Origin: Octopus sinensis
Taxonomy: Eukaryota
Direction of reading: 5' to 3'
DNA: 64,000 bases
NCBI RefSeq assembly: GCF_006345805.1
Contig: NC_042999.1
Location: forward strand, 170,748,001-170,812,000
Of the stretch, positions 25,485 through 38,897 are shown one piece after another. Within the stretch, counting starts at the first letter, position 1, and every line of letters starts with the position of its first letter. Under the pieces are notes generated by a model, which made no database searches, was not told the DNA's origin, and worked only from the letters and a program-made list of their open reading frames with translations. A program made the translations under genes and the position numbers.

Positions 25485-27639
25485 GTATGAATGTATAATA
25501 TGAATGTAAGTATGTATGTATAACTATATATATATATATATCAATCGTATGCATATATACATATATGCATCTAACTACACACACATATTCTTATGTACAT
25601 AAGTGATTATGTGTATGTGTTTGTGTGTTTTATATCTTTAACTCGCCATTATTTTTTACTTTGTTCCAATTCCTTTCATTTCCCCCCCATACCCTTTCTG
25701 ACGTCCCCTTCTTAATTTCTGTCTTGAATTTTCTCTTTGTTTATTTTTGTCTTCATTCCTATAAATTATTTTTGTTCGTATTTGCTTTTGTTGCACTGTT
25801 CTTGTTCCTTCCAAGTCTACTTCATGTTTTATGTTTTGAGTAATAATTCTACTGTGTTTACATTCAACAAGATAATCTGTCTGTCTTTGAATTGTTCTCC
25901 TTCGCTTCATTTCCTTTTGCTTCCTTTGTTTATTTTATATTTACTTTCAATCATTCTATTTTTTCCTATTTTTATCATTTATTTACATTTACCTGTATCG
26001 ATTCTATATTTTATTCTATATTATCTTCTCCAAGACGTTTTTATTTCCGTGGTTATGTAGGATGTATATTTTCTCTTCCTTTAAAGTTTATTTTACACCG
26101 AATACCTGTCAAGTGGCAAGTTTGCAAGGTAAAGATTGTTTTGTTGTTTGCTTATCAGACTTCTCACAGAAATTCCCGTTCTTTTCGTCCTTATTTCCAC
26201 AATCATTCACCACAGAAATTTAAGAAGTTCTTTCTGGTTGTGACAGTCCTAGACTTATTTATCGCCTGTAGCATATGAGTTATTCAACTATGTTCTCTTC
26301 CAGGAATTCAAGTTCAGCCAAACTTAGTTGATATTACGTTAGTATTTATCTTGTAGGTCTAATAATAATGCACTTACACGTATACAATGCGTAAATAACG
26401 GAGACAAGACGAAAAACTATATGATATAAAATATGAATTCTAAATATGACTGAGTAAGGGAGGTAATTCCAAGAACCAACAATTCTTCGAAGCTGATACA
26501 AAATCAGGGAAAAATAGTTTATTTTTGTTTTCTCTGAACTGAAGAGAACATCTTTGGACGCATGTAACGAACTCATTATGCTCCATCTCCCAGAGGCTGT
26601 CATATATTGTCTCCAGTAGACGTAAGCTTCAGGTATATATAAAGGAAGTAGAGAAAAAGTTGGCCTCAAGTACTATAGACATATAATTAAAACAAAATTA
26701 TGAGAAATAATTCAGAATAGCCAGTGGCTTTAATTTGTCAAATGAGGTAAACAATTATTAAATACCATAGAATATATTTAGAGAGTGTGAAAATGTATGA
26801 TGAATGCGCAGACACACACGAACACACACACATCTGTAAACATATGTGTAAACTCACTTACACAAGGACACATACAAACTTATATATATATATATATGTA
26901 TATACATATCTGTGTGTGTTGTGTGTGTGTGTGTGTAGATGTACATATACGCACAATAGACACTGTATGTACATATGCGTATAAAATTAACAAGATCATT
27001 TTTGACGCATCTAAATTAACAAATACTAAAATGCTTCATAAAACAACAAGAATTACTCACCAGGAATATAGTTTTTTTTCTCTTCTTTTTATCAAATGAA
27101 ATAGCATAACTAAAATAATAAAGAGCGACAACTTCAAATACAATACACAGAAGCAGACACAAAGAAAATAAATCTCAGTTTGAAAAATCTCAACAAAAAA
27201 CTGATAATAATAATAAACAATATATCATAGAAAATAAAAGAAGAAAGGAAAAAAAATTTGCAAATATTTGCACATAACGTAAACCACTGAATTAAATTTA
27301 TAACACTATATACACTAATTAGCAGCATTGGTAGCATCAATGGCGACCGCATTTATCAGATCTTTCTTGAAAATCAACTATCAAATTCCATACAAAAACA
27401 GCAACAAACACATAAAAAAGCACAGACTTTCACCTGGTCATTGGCCTCCACCTTTTCCTTCTAACTCATGGACAAAAATGTGATAGGGAAATCTAAAATC
27501 TAAACCAAAAGTATCTCATGATTAGGCAAAAACTTGAATGTAAATCATACTTTCTAGCAGCTAAAGGAATAGCGGCAAATACTCCTGTCAACGCAGTGAA
27601 TTTCTGAGAAACTGACAGCAAATTAATAACCTGAATTTA

Positions 27640-28450
27640 AGTTATATTATACTGGCACCTCATCTCCCATGCATCAGACAAAAATGTTGGAAGCGTTAAT
27701 TCTCAACATCACTTACATTCACACCCCAGAAGAAAAAATGAATAACGTTAGTCACAAACATTAAAATAATAAAACAAAACAGTCATAATGAATTCACTAA
27801 CACAGTACCACCTATGTATAACATTCTAATTACACCTGATATCAGCATAAATTTCAACACCATTCCTTGCTGTCTACCTATATATACAATACTCAAAATA
27901 TTCTTAAGTAGCAACATAACATTCTGGTTAGCAAAATACTTGTCAAGCTGCTAAGTTCTTGTGTACAAATTAGCACTTACAAAATCTATTGTCTCCTTTC
28001 TTAGCAGTAACACCAGTATCTAGACTCTGCAGTTATCAAATAAAATACCGCAAGGGCACGTTCTCTCAGCCATTTTGTTCATTTTAATCTATACGGCTTT
28101 TCAAAATCTATAAAGTACGTAAAGTAGATTTCCTTCCTAGAGGTCATCACATTCCCATCTCCTTAATATTCTATAGACGCTGTTACATAACCCTACATAT
28201 CTAACCTAGAAACTTAGTTCCCACAAAACAAATTGAAATGGCGCCTAGAATATTAATTGTTTCCTTTCTTATCAGTAACACGAAATAAACTGCTCCTCCA
28301 CTTTAACGATATACAGAAGACAAAGTAATGACGCAAAAGGTCTCATAAGCATAATTAAGTTTACTTGTACAACTTTTGGTCAACAGAAGGAAATACTGGA
28401 CATAATAAGCGATATTGCCTTATATAATACAAGGCTGCGTATGGAAAAGA
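27640..28450 (+). mobile_element. Highly decayed non-LTR reverse transcriptase remnant (Jockey/I-like)
   Basis: Relics of RT motifs in the expected order: KMLEALIL (~27682), a DIS...F.T segment (~27838) and IPQGHVLSAILF (~28046). Confidence 0.55.
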
Positions 28451-28909
28451 CAAAGTGACTCTCAGCTGAACGGAAACACGCTATAACTTCAAAGACAGAT
28501 ATCTAAATAGTCAAACATCAATCGACTGACTAAATGGTGAATGGCTGTTGTCTAAAAATAAAGTGAGGCTGCACAACAACAGCAGTAGCAACAACATTAT
28601 GTATAATTTCAGACAATTACAAAGCTCCATGCCTTCTAACGGTGTATATTCATTCATTTAGTATGAGAGAGGAATGGAGAATCACAGACACGAACGCGCG
28701 CGCACATACACACTTACACACACACACAGACATATGCTTGTTTGTGTGTGTTTTATGTACACGGCGAAACTGCGAAACACAAAATTTATCAGCTGTCTAC
28801 ATATGCCTCAAGATGATTGACGATAGCTTCCTTTGTTCACTTGTGTTCTATGATGTCCATAAACACATTGTATATATCTAGACCTTTAAACATTTCTATC
28901 TATCTGTCA

Positions 28910-28925
28910 ATCAATCTATCTATCA

Positions 28926-29021
<96 letters not shown>

Positions 29022-29022
29022 G
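28910..29022. repeat. (CTAT)n microsatellite
   Basis: Directly visible. Confidence 0.95.
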
Positions 29023-29217
29023 TCTGTCTGTCTGTCTGGCCGTCTGTCTGTCTAACCAGCTACTTATCTACATAACATTCCATGTGTGCATGTGTGTGCC
29101 TTATATTTTGCATATAACACACACACACACACACACACACACTATCTCTCTCTCTCACACACACACACACTATCTCTCTTTCACACACACATGTATATAT
29201 GTATCTTGTGTGTGTTT

Positions 29218-29393
29218 GTCTCCCAACCGGTGCTGGTGTATTTACGTCTTCTTAATATAGCGGTTCGGCAAAAGAAACCGATAAAATAAGTACCATGCTC
29301 AGCAACTAAGAGTAAGCCCTGGGGTCGATGTGTTCAACTAAAACCCTTCAAGGCAGTGCTCCAGCATAGCTTCAGTCAAATGACAGAAATAAG

Positions 29394-29395
<2 letters not shown>
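29218..29395 (+). mobile_element. SINE family B, 3' half
   Basis: tgctggtgtatttacgtc...gcggttcggcaaaagaaaccgataaaataagtac...gtgctccagcatagcttcagtcaaatgacagaaa. Confidence 0.8.
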
Positions 29396-29430
<35 letters not shown>

Positions 29431-29500
29431 TTTTACATTTCTACATACAAACATCCATCCATCCATACATATACACATAATGTATATACATATGTTCTTA

Positions 29501-29580
<80 letters not shown>

Positions 29581-29595
29581 GTATATGTATATATG

Positions 29596-29648
<53 letters not shown>

Positions 29649-29759
29649 GTACGTATTCTTCCATCTTGAAACATGTTTTTGATTGAGTTTATTTTGTCTT
29701 TATCTATTTATAGGAATGTGTAATTATATTTACGAAGAGAGGAACTAGAAATCGTTTAA

Positions 29760-29874
29760 CAAATATAGAATATTGATCATTACAAGATGGCAAAAGAAAG
29801 ATTAAGAGAACTTCGCTGATTCTAAAGAACGTCAGTGGCTAAACTGGGGAGAGAAACGGAGAGAAAAGGCGAGC

Positions 29875-29909
<35 letters not shown>

Positions 29910-30970
29910 TATGTAGGAGAAGGAAAGTTAGAATAAATAATGGAAAGATGTTGAAGCAATAACGATTGGTAGACAAATAAGAGAAATAGAAATACAAACA
30001 GAGAGATAGACAGACTGACAGTTAAACAAAAAAAGAACAACAATTTTCTATGTTAGGCGCACTGGTAAATGCAAAGTTGAGATGATGGATGTGAATCACA
30101 GAAGTTGTAGGGAGATAGATCGATAATTATATAGTTATTTAGAGATCGAAACTAGATATAGAAGGAATATGTTAGGGGAAAATAAGAAGCAGAGATATAG
30201 GAAAGATAAGAAACTAAAGTATGATGTGCAATACGAGCAAACTGAGCGACACATAGATAAAGAATCTAAGAGACATCGTAATAGAAACTCTCAGAGAAGT
30301 GACGAGATAATGTAGTCGAACGAACAGGGATAAACAGAAGGAAACTCAGAATCAGATATAAGAGGAGAGTGAGGGCAGGTGATAAGAGGAAGATAGACAA
30401 AAACAAATAAACGTCTGAGATAGACAAGAATTGAAGCGAGGGGAAGAAATATGTAGAATAAAAGCAAAGAGCTGAGAAGAGACAGAGGGAGAACACATAA
30501 TATGATGATTGATAACGAGGGAACTAACAGAGGAATGTGAGAGAATACGAAAGTAAAAGAAAGAGATTATAGCAAAACCAAATATATGAGATAGTGAGGC
30601 AAATATAGGGAAACAAAAGAAGGGAGTGGGGAACGTCTGAGGTAGGGAAAATCTCATAAGTTGTCTTGCAGAAACGAAGGAAACTAAAAGACTGTATATG
30701 AGAAATTGATCTTGAAATCTCGAAACAAATACAATAAGACGATAATTGATTGATAGATAAATCTATTGATTGATTAGGTGATTGATTAATTGAACAAATA
30801 TACACGAAATGAAGTTATGGTCAAACAAAATCTGTTGCAGAAACCACAATCTTAAGAGAAAAGGGAAGGGAAATATAAGTTTGAGTGTATGTGACAATAA
30901 AAAGAGAGAGCAGTAGAGTGGTAGGGAGAGATGGCGTAAGAGAGAGAGGAGACAGCAAAGAAAGAAGGAA
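29760..30970. repeat. ~1.2 kb purine-rich (GA/AAG) low-complexity tract
   Basis: Strong A/G bias on the + strand; the S/L/F-rich minus-strand ORFs here are artefacts of it. Confidence 0.75.
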
Positions 30971-31514
30971 GTCAAATGCATACGTGTGTGCGCGCGTACG
31001 CACACCTGTGTATAACACAAATTGACAGATTCAGTTAAGATATATTTCGTTGCGATATTTCTATTCTGACTTAGTGTTACCGGAGTTCAAATTTTGTCGA
31101 GGTTAACATTGAAATGTAGCATTTCGGAGTCGATGTATAAACCTCCATCCAAGCTACTGATTTGACGAAACTGTGATTGGATTGGGAAAAATGCGGCCAT
31201 TTGTTTTCTGATGGCAAGAACTGCTACGCCATCGGTGCTGACCTATATCTGCAGCCTTTTTATGGATACATATCAGCAACATACAGAGAGACTCTCATGT
31301 ATGGGCGGTTGGCATACACACACACACGCACGCATAAACACACAAATATAGATAGATAAATAGATAAATAGGAAGATAGTTAGACTGATAGATATGTATG
31401 AATTCGCATGCAAATATATGTATTATGACATCATAGAGTCACACACACATAGTATTCGGATGAATGTAGAAATACGTGTATGAATGTTCTTGTGTATATA
31501 TATAATAATAAATG

Positions 31515-31760
31515 CGCCCTTTTAACGCCTAGCCTGGCCCATGGGCTCAGTTTCCCGGTTTCTATGGCGTATGTGTTCCCCAGCTGGACGGGATTCCAGT
31601 CCATCGCAGCGTTACTCATTTTTGCCAGCTGAGTGGGAGTGGAAAACGCGAAATGAAGTGTTTTGCTCAAGAACACAACGCGTCGCCCGGTCCAGAAATC
31701 GAAACCACAATCTTACGATCATGATGCTGACACCCTAACCACTAAGTCAAGCGCCTCCAC
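31515..31760 (-). mobile_element. SINE family C, full length (copy 1 of tandem pair)
   Basis: Reverse-complement head gtggaggcgcttgacttagtggttaggg (A-box) and ggtttcgatttctgg (B-box-like). Confidence 0.85.
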
Positions 31761-31768
31761 ATTATAGA

Positions 31769-32006
31769 CGCCCTTTTAAAGCCTAGCCAAGCTCATGGGC
31801 CCGGTTTCTATGGCATATGTGTTCCCCAGCTGGACGGGACTCCAGTCCATCGCAGCGTTACTCATTTTTGCTAGCTGAGTGAACTAGAACGACGTGATAT
31901 GAGGTGTTTTGCTCAAGAACACAACGTGTCGCCCAGTCCAGGAATCGAAACCACAATCTTACTACCATGGTGCTGACACCCTAACCACTAAGCCACGCGC
32001 CTCCAC
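31769..32006 (-). mobile_element. SINE family C, full length (copy 2 of tandem pair)
   Basis: Reverse-complement head gtggaggcgcgtggcttagtggttaggg matches A-box TRGCNNARYGG; B-box ggtttcgattcc. Confidence 0.85.
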
Positions 32007-32096
32007 ACACACACATACAGACACACATATATTCATATATACGTGTGTGTGTTTGTGTGTGTGTACATGTGTGTGTGCGCGTGTGTGCGTGCGTGC

Positions 32097-32152
<56 letters not shown>

Positions 32153-32869
32153 GTGTGTGTATGCATACGTATATTTATACTCTGCAATTATGATCAATAT
32201 CTCATGTAGGTTAATTTTTTGTAGCACAGCTGAATACTTTTTTCATCATTTCAAGTTCCTTCTTGAACGAAAATCGTCAGTTTGTACCTGAGCTGAGAAT
32301 TATCACCAGTACTAACTTATTTTTATGGTGAAACACACTATAAAGTCCGGATTCTAATCTTGCGGTTTGTCTTAATATTTACATAAGGTAAATTAATTTG
32401 CCACCTAAAAGGTTTTCTAGATCGCATTTAGATTATATTCGCCAAGTATATGAATCATGTTTCGTTTTTTATGGTAGGGTTTAATATACGGAACATTCCA
32501 TCCGTACATCGGGAAATTTTTTACACTTCAATTCATGAATACCATGCTGAGAACACCAACAAAACATCTACGCCGAAATTACCAACATACTATTATTTAA
32601 ATGCATCACATCACTGTGTTTCTAATTTTATACTTTCCTACTAGTGGAACTAATATTTTAATGGCGAATTTAAAGCTGATTTCACGCATACTAACGTATG
32701 ATTTTCCAGTCATTATACTGCTCGCTTTAGACGTCCTAATTGATATTGTTCACTAAATGTCTGTCATTTACTGATCATAACTCTTTACGCTTGTATTTCA
32801 CTCAGGCCGCTGGCGTGTTCAAAGTAGATCCACTGTCTTTGTCCATTATGAAACTGCCAACGTTCGGCA

Positions 32870-33093
32870 GGCGAGCTGGCAGAAACGTTAGCACGCCGGG
32901 CGAAATGCGTAGCCGTATTTCGTCTGCCGTTACGTTCTGAGTTCAAATTCCGCCGATGTAGGCTTTGCCTTTCACCCTTTCGGGGTCGATAAATTAAGTA
33001 CCAGTCACGCACTGGGGTCGATGTAATTGACATAATGCAGTTGTCTGTCCTTGTTTGTCCCCTCTAGGTTTAGCCCCCTGTGGGTAGTAAAGA
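32870..33093 (+). mobile_element. SINE family A, full length, alternative 3' tail
   Basis: ggcgagctggcagaaacgttagcacgccgggcgaaatgc...gagttcaaattccgccga...ggggtcgataaattaagtaccag; tail gtttagccccctgtgggtagtaaaga. Confidence 0.88.
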
Positions 33094-34143
33094 TACATTC
33101 AATGATTCGTAATGAACAAAAGTATTTAGAAAATTCTTATAAAATAATGCTACGAAGTTGTACTATGTTTATCTTAACTTTCCTGTTAAAAATATATCAA
33201 ACCAGATTACGTTAGGTTTGTAAAATATGTTTCCTGCTTAGTGAGAATCTATTTTTGTATATTACCATTTTCGAATGAGTTTTTGAATTATGACGACATA
33301 TCAAAAAAATTTTAAAACAATCTTCTAAAAATAAGGGAGAAAATTGGCTAGACTCCTTTGTAAAGTTTCAAGTGGAAGGAGAACGTGGCAGCACAAAAAC
33401 GAGAATAATAAAGTGAAGACAGCAAAATGATAATTGTTTAGCTTTTGTCAGAGTAGTTGAGGAAAATTTGGTCATATGGATTTAGTATAGTATTCGTTTA
33501 AAAATTCACAGAAAGTTATTTAATGCGAGAGAGACTTGCTGAAGGCCGGAGGGTAAAACCAACGAAATGTGACTAATAACTGAGATTCACACGCTAATCA
33601 AAATATATCCGGGTGTGAGTGGATATATACATGCACACACACGCGCACACACACACGCACGCATGTATCCATGTATGTGTATGTAAATACATTCGTACAT
33701 ATATATATTTATATTTATATATACTTTTACAGACACAAACATACACACACAAATATATACATCTTAAATTAAAATGCATAGTACGCTTTCAAACCGCAAA
33801 TTTACATAAACAAGAAATGTGTATTAGCGATTGTCAAGATCAAATAAATGAACATGGTAATGCAAATAGTAGAAAATATGTAGATTACCACTTGATCTAG
33901 ATAGAAAAGTTGCTGGTATATCTTGATAGAAGCAGATCAGAAGCTAAGATAAATATTTCATGGACACTGGTAAATAAATATCAGAACATAGAATCAACAC
34001 ATAAGAGAAGTCGTGGAAGAATTACAAATCATTCTGTCTTTCGTTAAGTAGAATATATATTACAAAAATAAGGCAGATGTTAACAGTACATAATATAGTA
34101 TTGGAAGGTACAGATTATATATATATATATATATATGTATGTA

Positions 34144-34178
<35 letters not shown>

Positions 34179-34359
34179 GTGTGTGTATGTGTGTGTATGT
34201 GTGTATATATATATATGTGTGTATATATGTGTGCCTATGTATATGCGTTAAAGTAATACATCTGTTTGTTGTTTACACACCCGTCTTCGTCGGGAAAAAT
34301 GGAAACGTCATTTACGTTCCGAACCTACGCTCTTGGAATTAATAGGCAGAATAGAATAA

Positions 34360-35542
34360 ACGTGTTGAAGGGGTCGGGATAAACTACTTATATCAACTTG
34401 CTATAAAAGCAGGTAGTAATTTTAACTTAAACTTATTCTTAGTGCAAGTTTTGAAGAGTGCAGTTCAATTTTAACCGTTACTTTTTGAAAGCTATAATGG
34501 AAGTGACAAAGGAGCATATTTGGCATATTTTGCTTTATGAATTCAATAAAAGCAACAATGCAGCGGAAAATGCGAGGAGTATTAATGCCGTATATGGGGA
34601 TCGGACAATAAACGTAAGCCAGTGTCAATGGTGGTTCGAGAAATTCCGAGCTGGAAACTACAGCCTGGAAGATCTGTAGAGCTCGACGAGGGGGTCCTGC
34701 AAACCCTGGTGGAACAAAATCCCAACGTAACTGTTGAGGAACTAGCAGAGAAGCTTGGATTTGGTCATTCAATCATTCCTCAACACTTGCGTACCATCGT
34801 GAAAGTAATAAAGATTGGGTCAGTGAGTTACTTACAAACATTCCGATTCTAATCGCGCATAGAGAGTGAATGTGTGTCCTTCTTTGTTGTCATGTCTCAG
34901 GAATGAACTTTTTTGACCGAGTAGTGACTGGTGACGACAAATGGATTCTCTATAAAAATGTCAAGCACCGAAGGTAGGGAAAGGAGAGACATCGGCACTC
35001 CGGCCTAAAGAAGGACTGCACGCACGAAAATGTTATCTCTCTTTGTTGAGATATATAAGTTTTAGTCCACTTTGAACTTTTAAACCCAAACCAAACGATA
35101 ATAAAGGAGGTCTGCTGAGAGCAGCTTGTGCGGCTTAAGTCAGTGCTAGAAGAAAAACGACCATCTTTGGCTTCAAGACGAAAGGTGTTCTTCTATCAAG
35201 ATAATGCTCGGCCACATACAGCGAGGTGAACTAGTTTGAATGGGAAGCGATGCTCCACCCACCGGACATTGCCCCATCTGATTATCATTTATTTCGCCCT
35301 CTTCAAAAGCATTTGGACGGAAAAAATATGAATTATGTAGTCGAAGTCAGAACAGTACCGGAGGAGTATTTTTCATCAGGGACAAGTGTATTTTGGAACA
35401 GGGGCCTTGCAAGTCTACCAGATACACGTAACAGCATTGCAGAAAATGAAGGAGAGTATGGGATTAAAACAAAACTTTGGTTATCTTAAATTTGAAAAAT
35501 AAAAGTATAAAAAAACCGCATTATCTATGGGATGACCTGGTA
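34360..35542 (+). mobile_element. Decayed mariner transposon; transposase remnant 34497-35467
   Basis: MEVTKEHIWHILLYEFNK..WFEKFRAGNYSLED (HTH region), RVVTGDDKWILYKN, FYQDNARPHT, HPPDIAPSDYHLF. The right end reads ...gggatgacctgg-TA. No left TIR was found. Confidence 0.92.
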
Positions 35543-35688
35543 TATACCATGTATATACATATACTATATACATTATATATACATATATATATTTATGTAT
35601 ATATAGATATACACATATATATACATACATATATATATATATATATACATAAATACATATATATATATGTATATGTGTATATATACTT

Positions 35689-35766
<78 letters not shown>

Positions 35767-35794
35767 GTATATATTTATATAATCACATGCAAAT

Positions 35795-35935
35795 TGTTCG
35801 TGATTTTCTTCACCCATCTTCCTTTTCTCTTGGAGTTCCTCGGTTTCCTGTTTATGACGAAGAGCTTTGCTCGAAACATAAACCACCTTCCTTCCCTTCC
35901 CTGAGCGTCAGCTAATACGTTGCATGTACCTTGCG
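35795..35935 (+). mobile_element. Penelope-like terminal-repeat fragment with a mutated hammerhead core (35854-35880)
   Basis: cctgttt-ATGACGA-a-GAGC ttt GCTC-GAAA-cata; homologous to the reverse complement of 21145-21300. Confidence 0.65.
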
Positions 35936-36016
35936 TTGTTGTTTTATCTTATTTTTGCTCATGGTTTTTTTGGGGGGGATTTACTATATATATATATATG
36001 TATATATACACAGATA

Positions 36017-36147
36017 CAGGTGGTGCTATTAAGACCAGGTGGTGCTATTAAGACCAGGTGGTGCTATTAAGCCCAGGTTGTGCTATTAAGTCCAGGTGGT
36101 GCTATTAAGACCAGGTGGTGCTATTAAGCCCAGGTGGTGCTATTAAG
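36017..36147 (+). repeat. 19-bp minisatellite, 7 units (caggtggtgctattaagac)
   Basis: Units start at 36017, 36036, 36055, 36074, 36093, 36112 and 36131; variation is almost entirely in the last two bases. Confidence 0.95.
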
Positions 36148-36200
36148 TTAGACATGGCCTGGGCCAATACTGGCCAAAACCTTTCTAAGTTATTCTAAGT
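36131..36200 (+). mobile_element. Extreme 3' end of the LINE family found at 3.5 and 5.2 kb
   Basis: caggtggtgctattaagttagacatggcctgggccaatactggccaaaacctttctaag versus the reverse complement of ~3495-3551: cagatggtactattaagctagccatggcctgggccaattctggcggaaacttttctaat. Confidence 0.75.
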
Positions 36201-36401
36201 TATATTTATATGTATATACATATATATATATAATTAATTAATAAGGGTGAGAGAATTAGATACTAATTTAATAGTATATCTATTCAACACCAAGTGGCCC
36301 AGTGCCCCGAGAAACCTGGATTATTATAATGTTTTATAATATATTATAATATTTTATACAAAAATAATATAAGAGTGAGCCATATAGTGACCACTCTCTT
36401 A

Positions 36402-36487
<86 letters not shown>

Positions 36488-36659
36488 TATATATATATAT
36501 GTATATGTATATGCATGTATATATGTACATATATGTATATATATGCATGTATATATATATATACATATATATATATATGTATATATATATATTATATATG
36601 TATATACATGAATATACTATGTATGCATATATATAGTATATGAATATATATATATAAAA

Positions 36660-36703
<44 letters not shown>

Positions 36704-36817
36704 TGAGTGTGCAATTTTTAGGAAGATCCAGGGCAATAATTACAATGTAGCTAAATGTTGCTTAAGTTTCCTAGGAAACAATTATCACACTTTTGTGGTC
36801 GTCGCTCACATGGATGC

Positions 36818-36964
36818 CAGTGTTTCACTGGTACTTAATTTATCGACCGCAAAAGGATGAAATACTAAGTGGACCTCGGTGGAATTAGAGTTCAGAACGT
36901 AGCGGCAAAAGAAATACCGCCAAGTATTTCGCTTAACGTGCAAACGATTCTGCCAGTTCGCCGC
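36818..36964 (-). mobile_element. SINE family A, 5' part
   Basis: ctggtacttaatttatcgacc...gattctgccagttcgccgc. Confidence 0.8.
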
Positions 36965-37400
36965 TTTTCATCATTTGAAAATAACGATGGAATTTGAATA
37001 GAAACCGGTCTAATGATACAGCCTTGTCACAAATTACGTCAAGATGATTTTATCTCAGTATTACTCTGAAGAGACTCGTGTCAGTGAAATGCACAGCAAC
37101 TTACACATTAATTGAGGAGGTTATTCAGGTGATCGAACAATTGATTTCTTATCGTCGAACGACAGTGATCCATCACACCATATCATACATATACATATAT
37201 TTAGATGCATTTTGTTAAAAGCATACACACATACCTGCATACATACACACATATACATTCATACATGCATGCATACATACATACATACATGCATAACATA
37301 CATGCATACATACATAAATACATACATACATACATACATGCATGCATGCATAACATATATACATACATACATAACATACATACATACATACATACATACA

Positions 37401-37432
<32 letters not shown>

Positions 37433-37582
37433 AGGTTAGTTTCAATATATATATGAGAACCCAATAAGGTTCGAAAATCGATTAAAGTTGCACATCATTT
37501 TTTCAGACTGGGGAGAAATAGCTAAAATTTGCCCTGTTTATAAAATTATACCATATGTTACAAATATATACATACATATATG

Positions 37583-37624
<42 letters not shown>

Positions 37625-38261
37625 GTGTGTGTGTGTGTGTGTGTCTGTGTTTAGACAGGTTGAGTTCCATTTCATCGTTTTACTTTGGTGGGGCCTAAAG
37701 TTAGATATCTAATAAAGATTCTTCATATTAAATTGGTAGCTTACTACTATGAGTATTTTAAAAAAAAACATGAAAATGTTACAAGTATAACGTTATGAGC
37801 ATTTATAGATCACGTATCCTATATAAACTCAACAAACAATTGAAGATGGAAAAGAGAAGATATTAAAAGTTTTATAAAATTTTACTCCATGCATACGATC
37901 GTTTCGAATGGTAACACCAACATGTAAGAAACATGGAAAAGATTAAATTAATTAATTACAATTATAATTAATATTGTTATATTTCGGAATGGTCATATTG
38001 CCAGTTTAACCAATAAAAACACACGCACTATATATTTGGTGTTATTTTGCTTCAGTGATATTTATTTTTTACATTAATCTTAATCTTATTTCGGCCAGAG
38101 TTCTTTCGTCACACTCCTGTGACCGCATCAGTGGTCCTTTGTTTTCTTCTTTCCTATTTGTTTGTGTCTCTCCTTACTAACCGTCAGCCATTTAAATTAA
38201 TTACATATTACCATTCACCTCAGCGCAAAAAGAAGAATACATCAGAAAGAATCAGAAGTAT

Positions 38262-38446
38262 ATTATGTTGTTACAGAAGCCTATATGGAGTCCGTGTCAC
38301 ATAACTCATTCGGATATCATAATATGATTAAAGATGAAATATAATAACTTGCTTAGGTAGTGTTGAGTCTGTAAGAACTAAATATTATTTATATTGGAAT
38401 GAATTATGTGACACGGACTCCATATAGTCTTCTGTAACAACAATAT
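38262..38446. mobile_element. Small MITE-like foldback (~47-bp near-perfect arms)
   Basis: tgttgttacagaagcctatatggagtccgtgtcacataactcattc (38266-38311) versus gaatgaattatgtgacacggactccatatagtcttctgtaacaaca (38397-38442): 2 mismatches. Confidence 0.8.
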
Positions 38447-38469
38447 TCTTCTGATAATTTTTTTTTCGT

Positions 38470-38790
38470 TAGAGGAGACATGTACTTGAAAGAATGAAGT
38501 AGAGAGATTTGGTACAGAGAAATTAAAAGTAATAATTGTTGGAATCCGGGTCAAAGAAATGGGAAACAGGGATAGCAGAATTTACATACGCCTATAAATT
38601 ACCTTTCGGTATAAATGCAGTAATGAAAGTATCCTAGGAAGCGTAGATGTGTTGCAGATAAGGGCTGAGAAATTCGTGTTTCTGTGCGAAATTGGACGTG
38701 TGGCCTGCGTGAGATTAAGAGAGGTGATATGTGGGACTTAATTTGGAATGAAAATATCGGATATTTGAGAAGAAAGAGAATTAGTCTTGG
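38470..38790 (-). mobile_element. Possible very decayed LINE 3' end
   Basis: Reverse complement has relics resembling SF.P....WNSLP..VFP....FK; heavily mutated. Confidence 0.35.
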
Positions 38791-38814
38791 TATTAGAGCT
38801 TACTAATGCGCATC

Positions 38815-38897
<83 letters not shown>

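Noticed and set aside
26346-26669. 107-aa hydrophobic minus-strand ORF
   Set aside because: No recognisable motif, and a few ORFs of this length are expected by chance across six frames of 64 kb.
31515-33093. tRNA genes
   Set aside because: The A/B-box heads continue into SINE bodies present in many diverged copies, and no full cloverleaf is evident.
36017-36147. CRISPR-like array
   Set aside because: The units are contiguous with no spacers, the context is eukaryotic, and the unit derives from a LINE 3' end.
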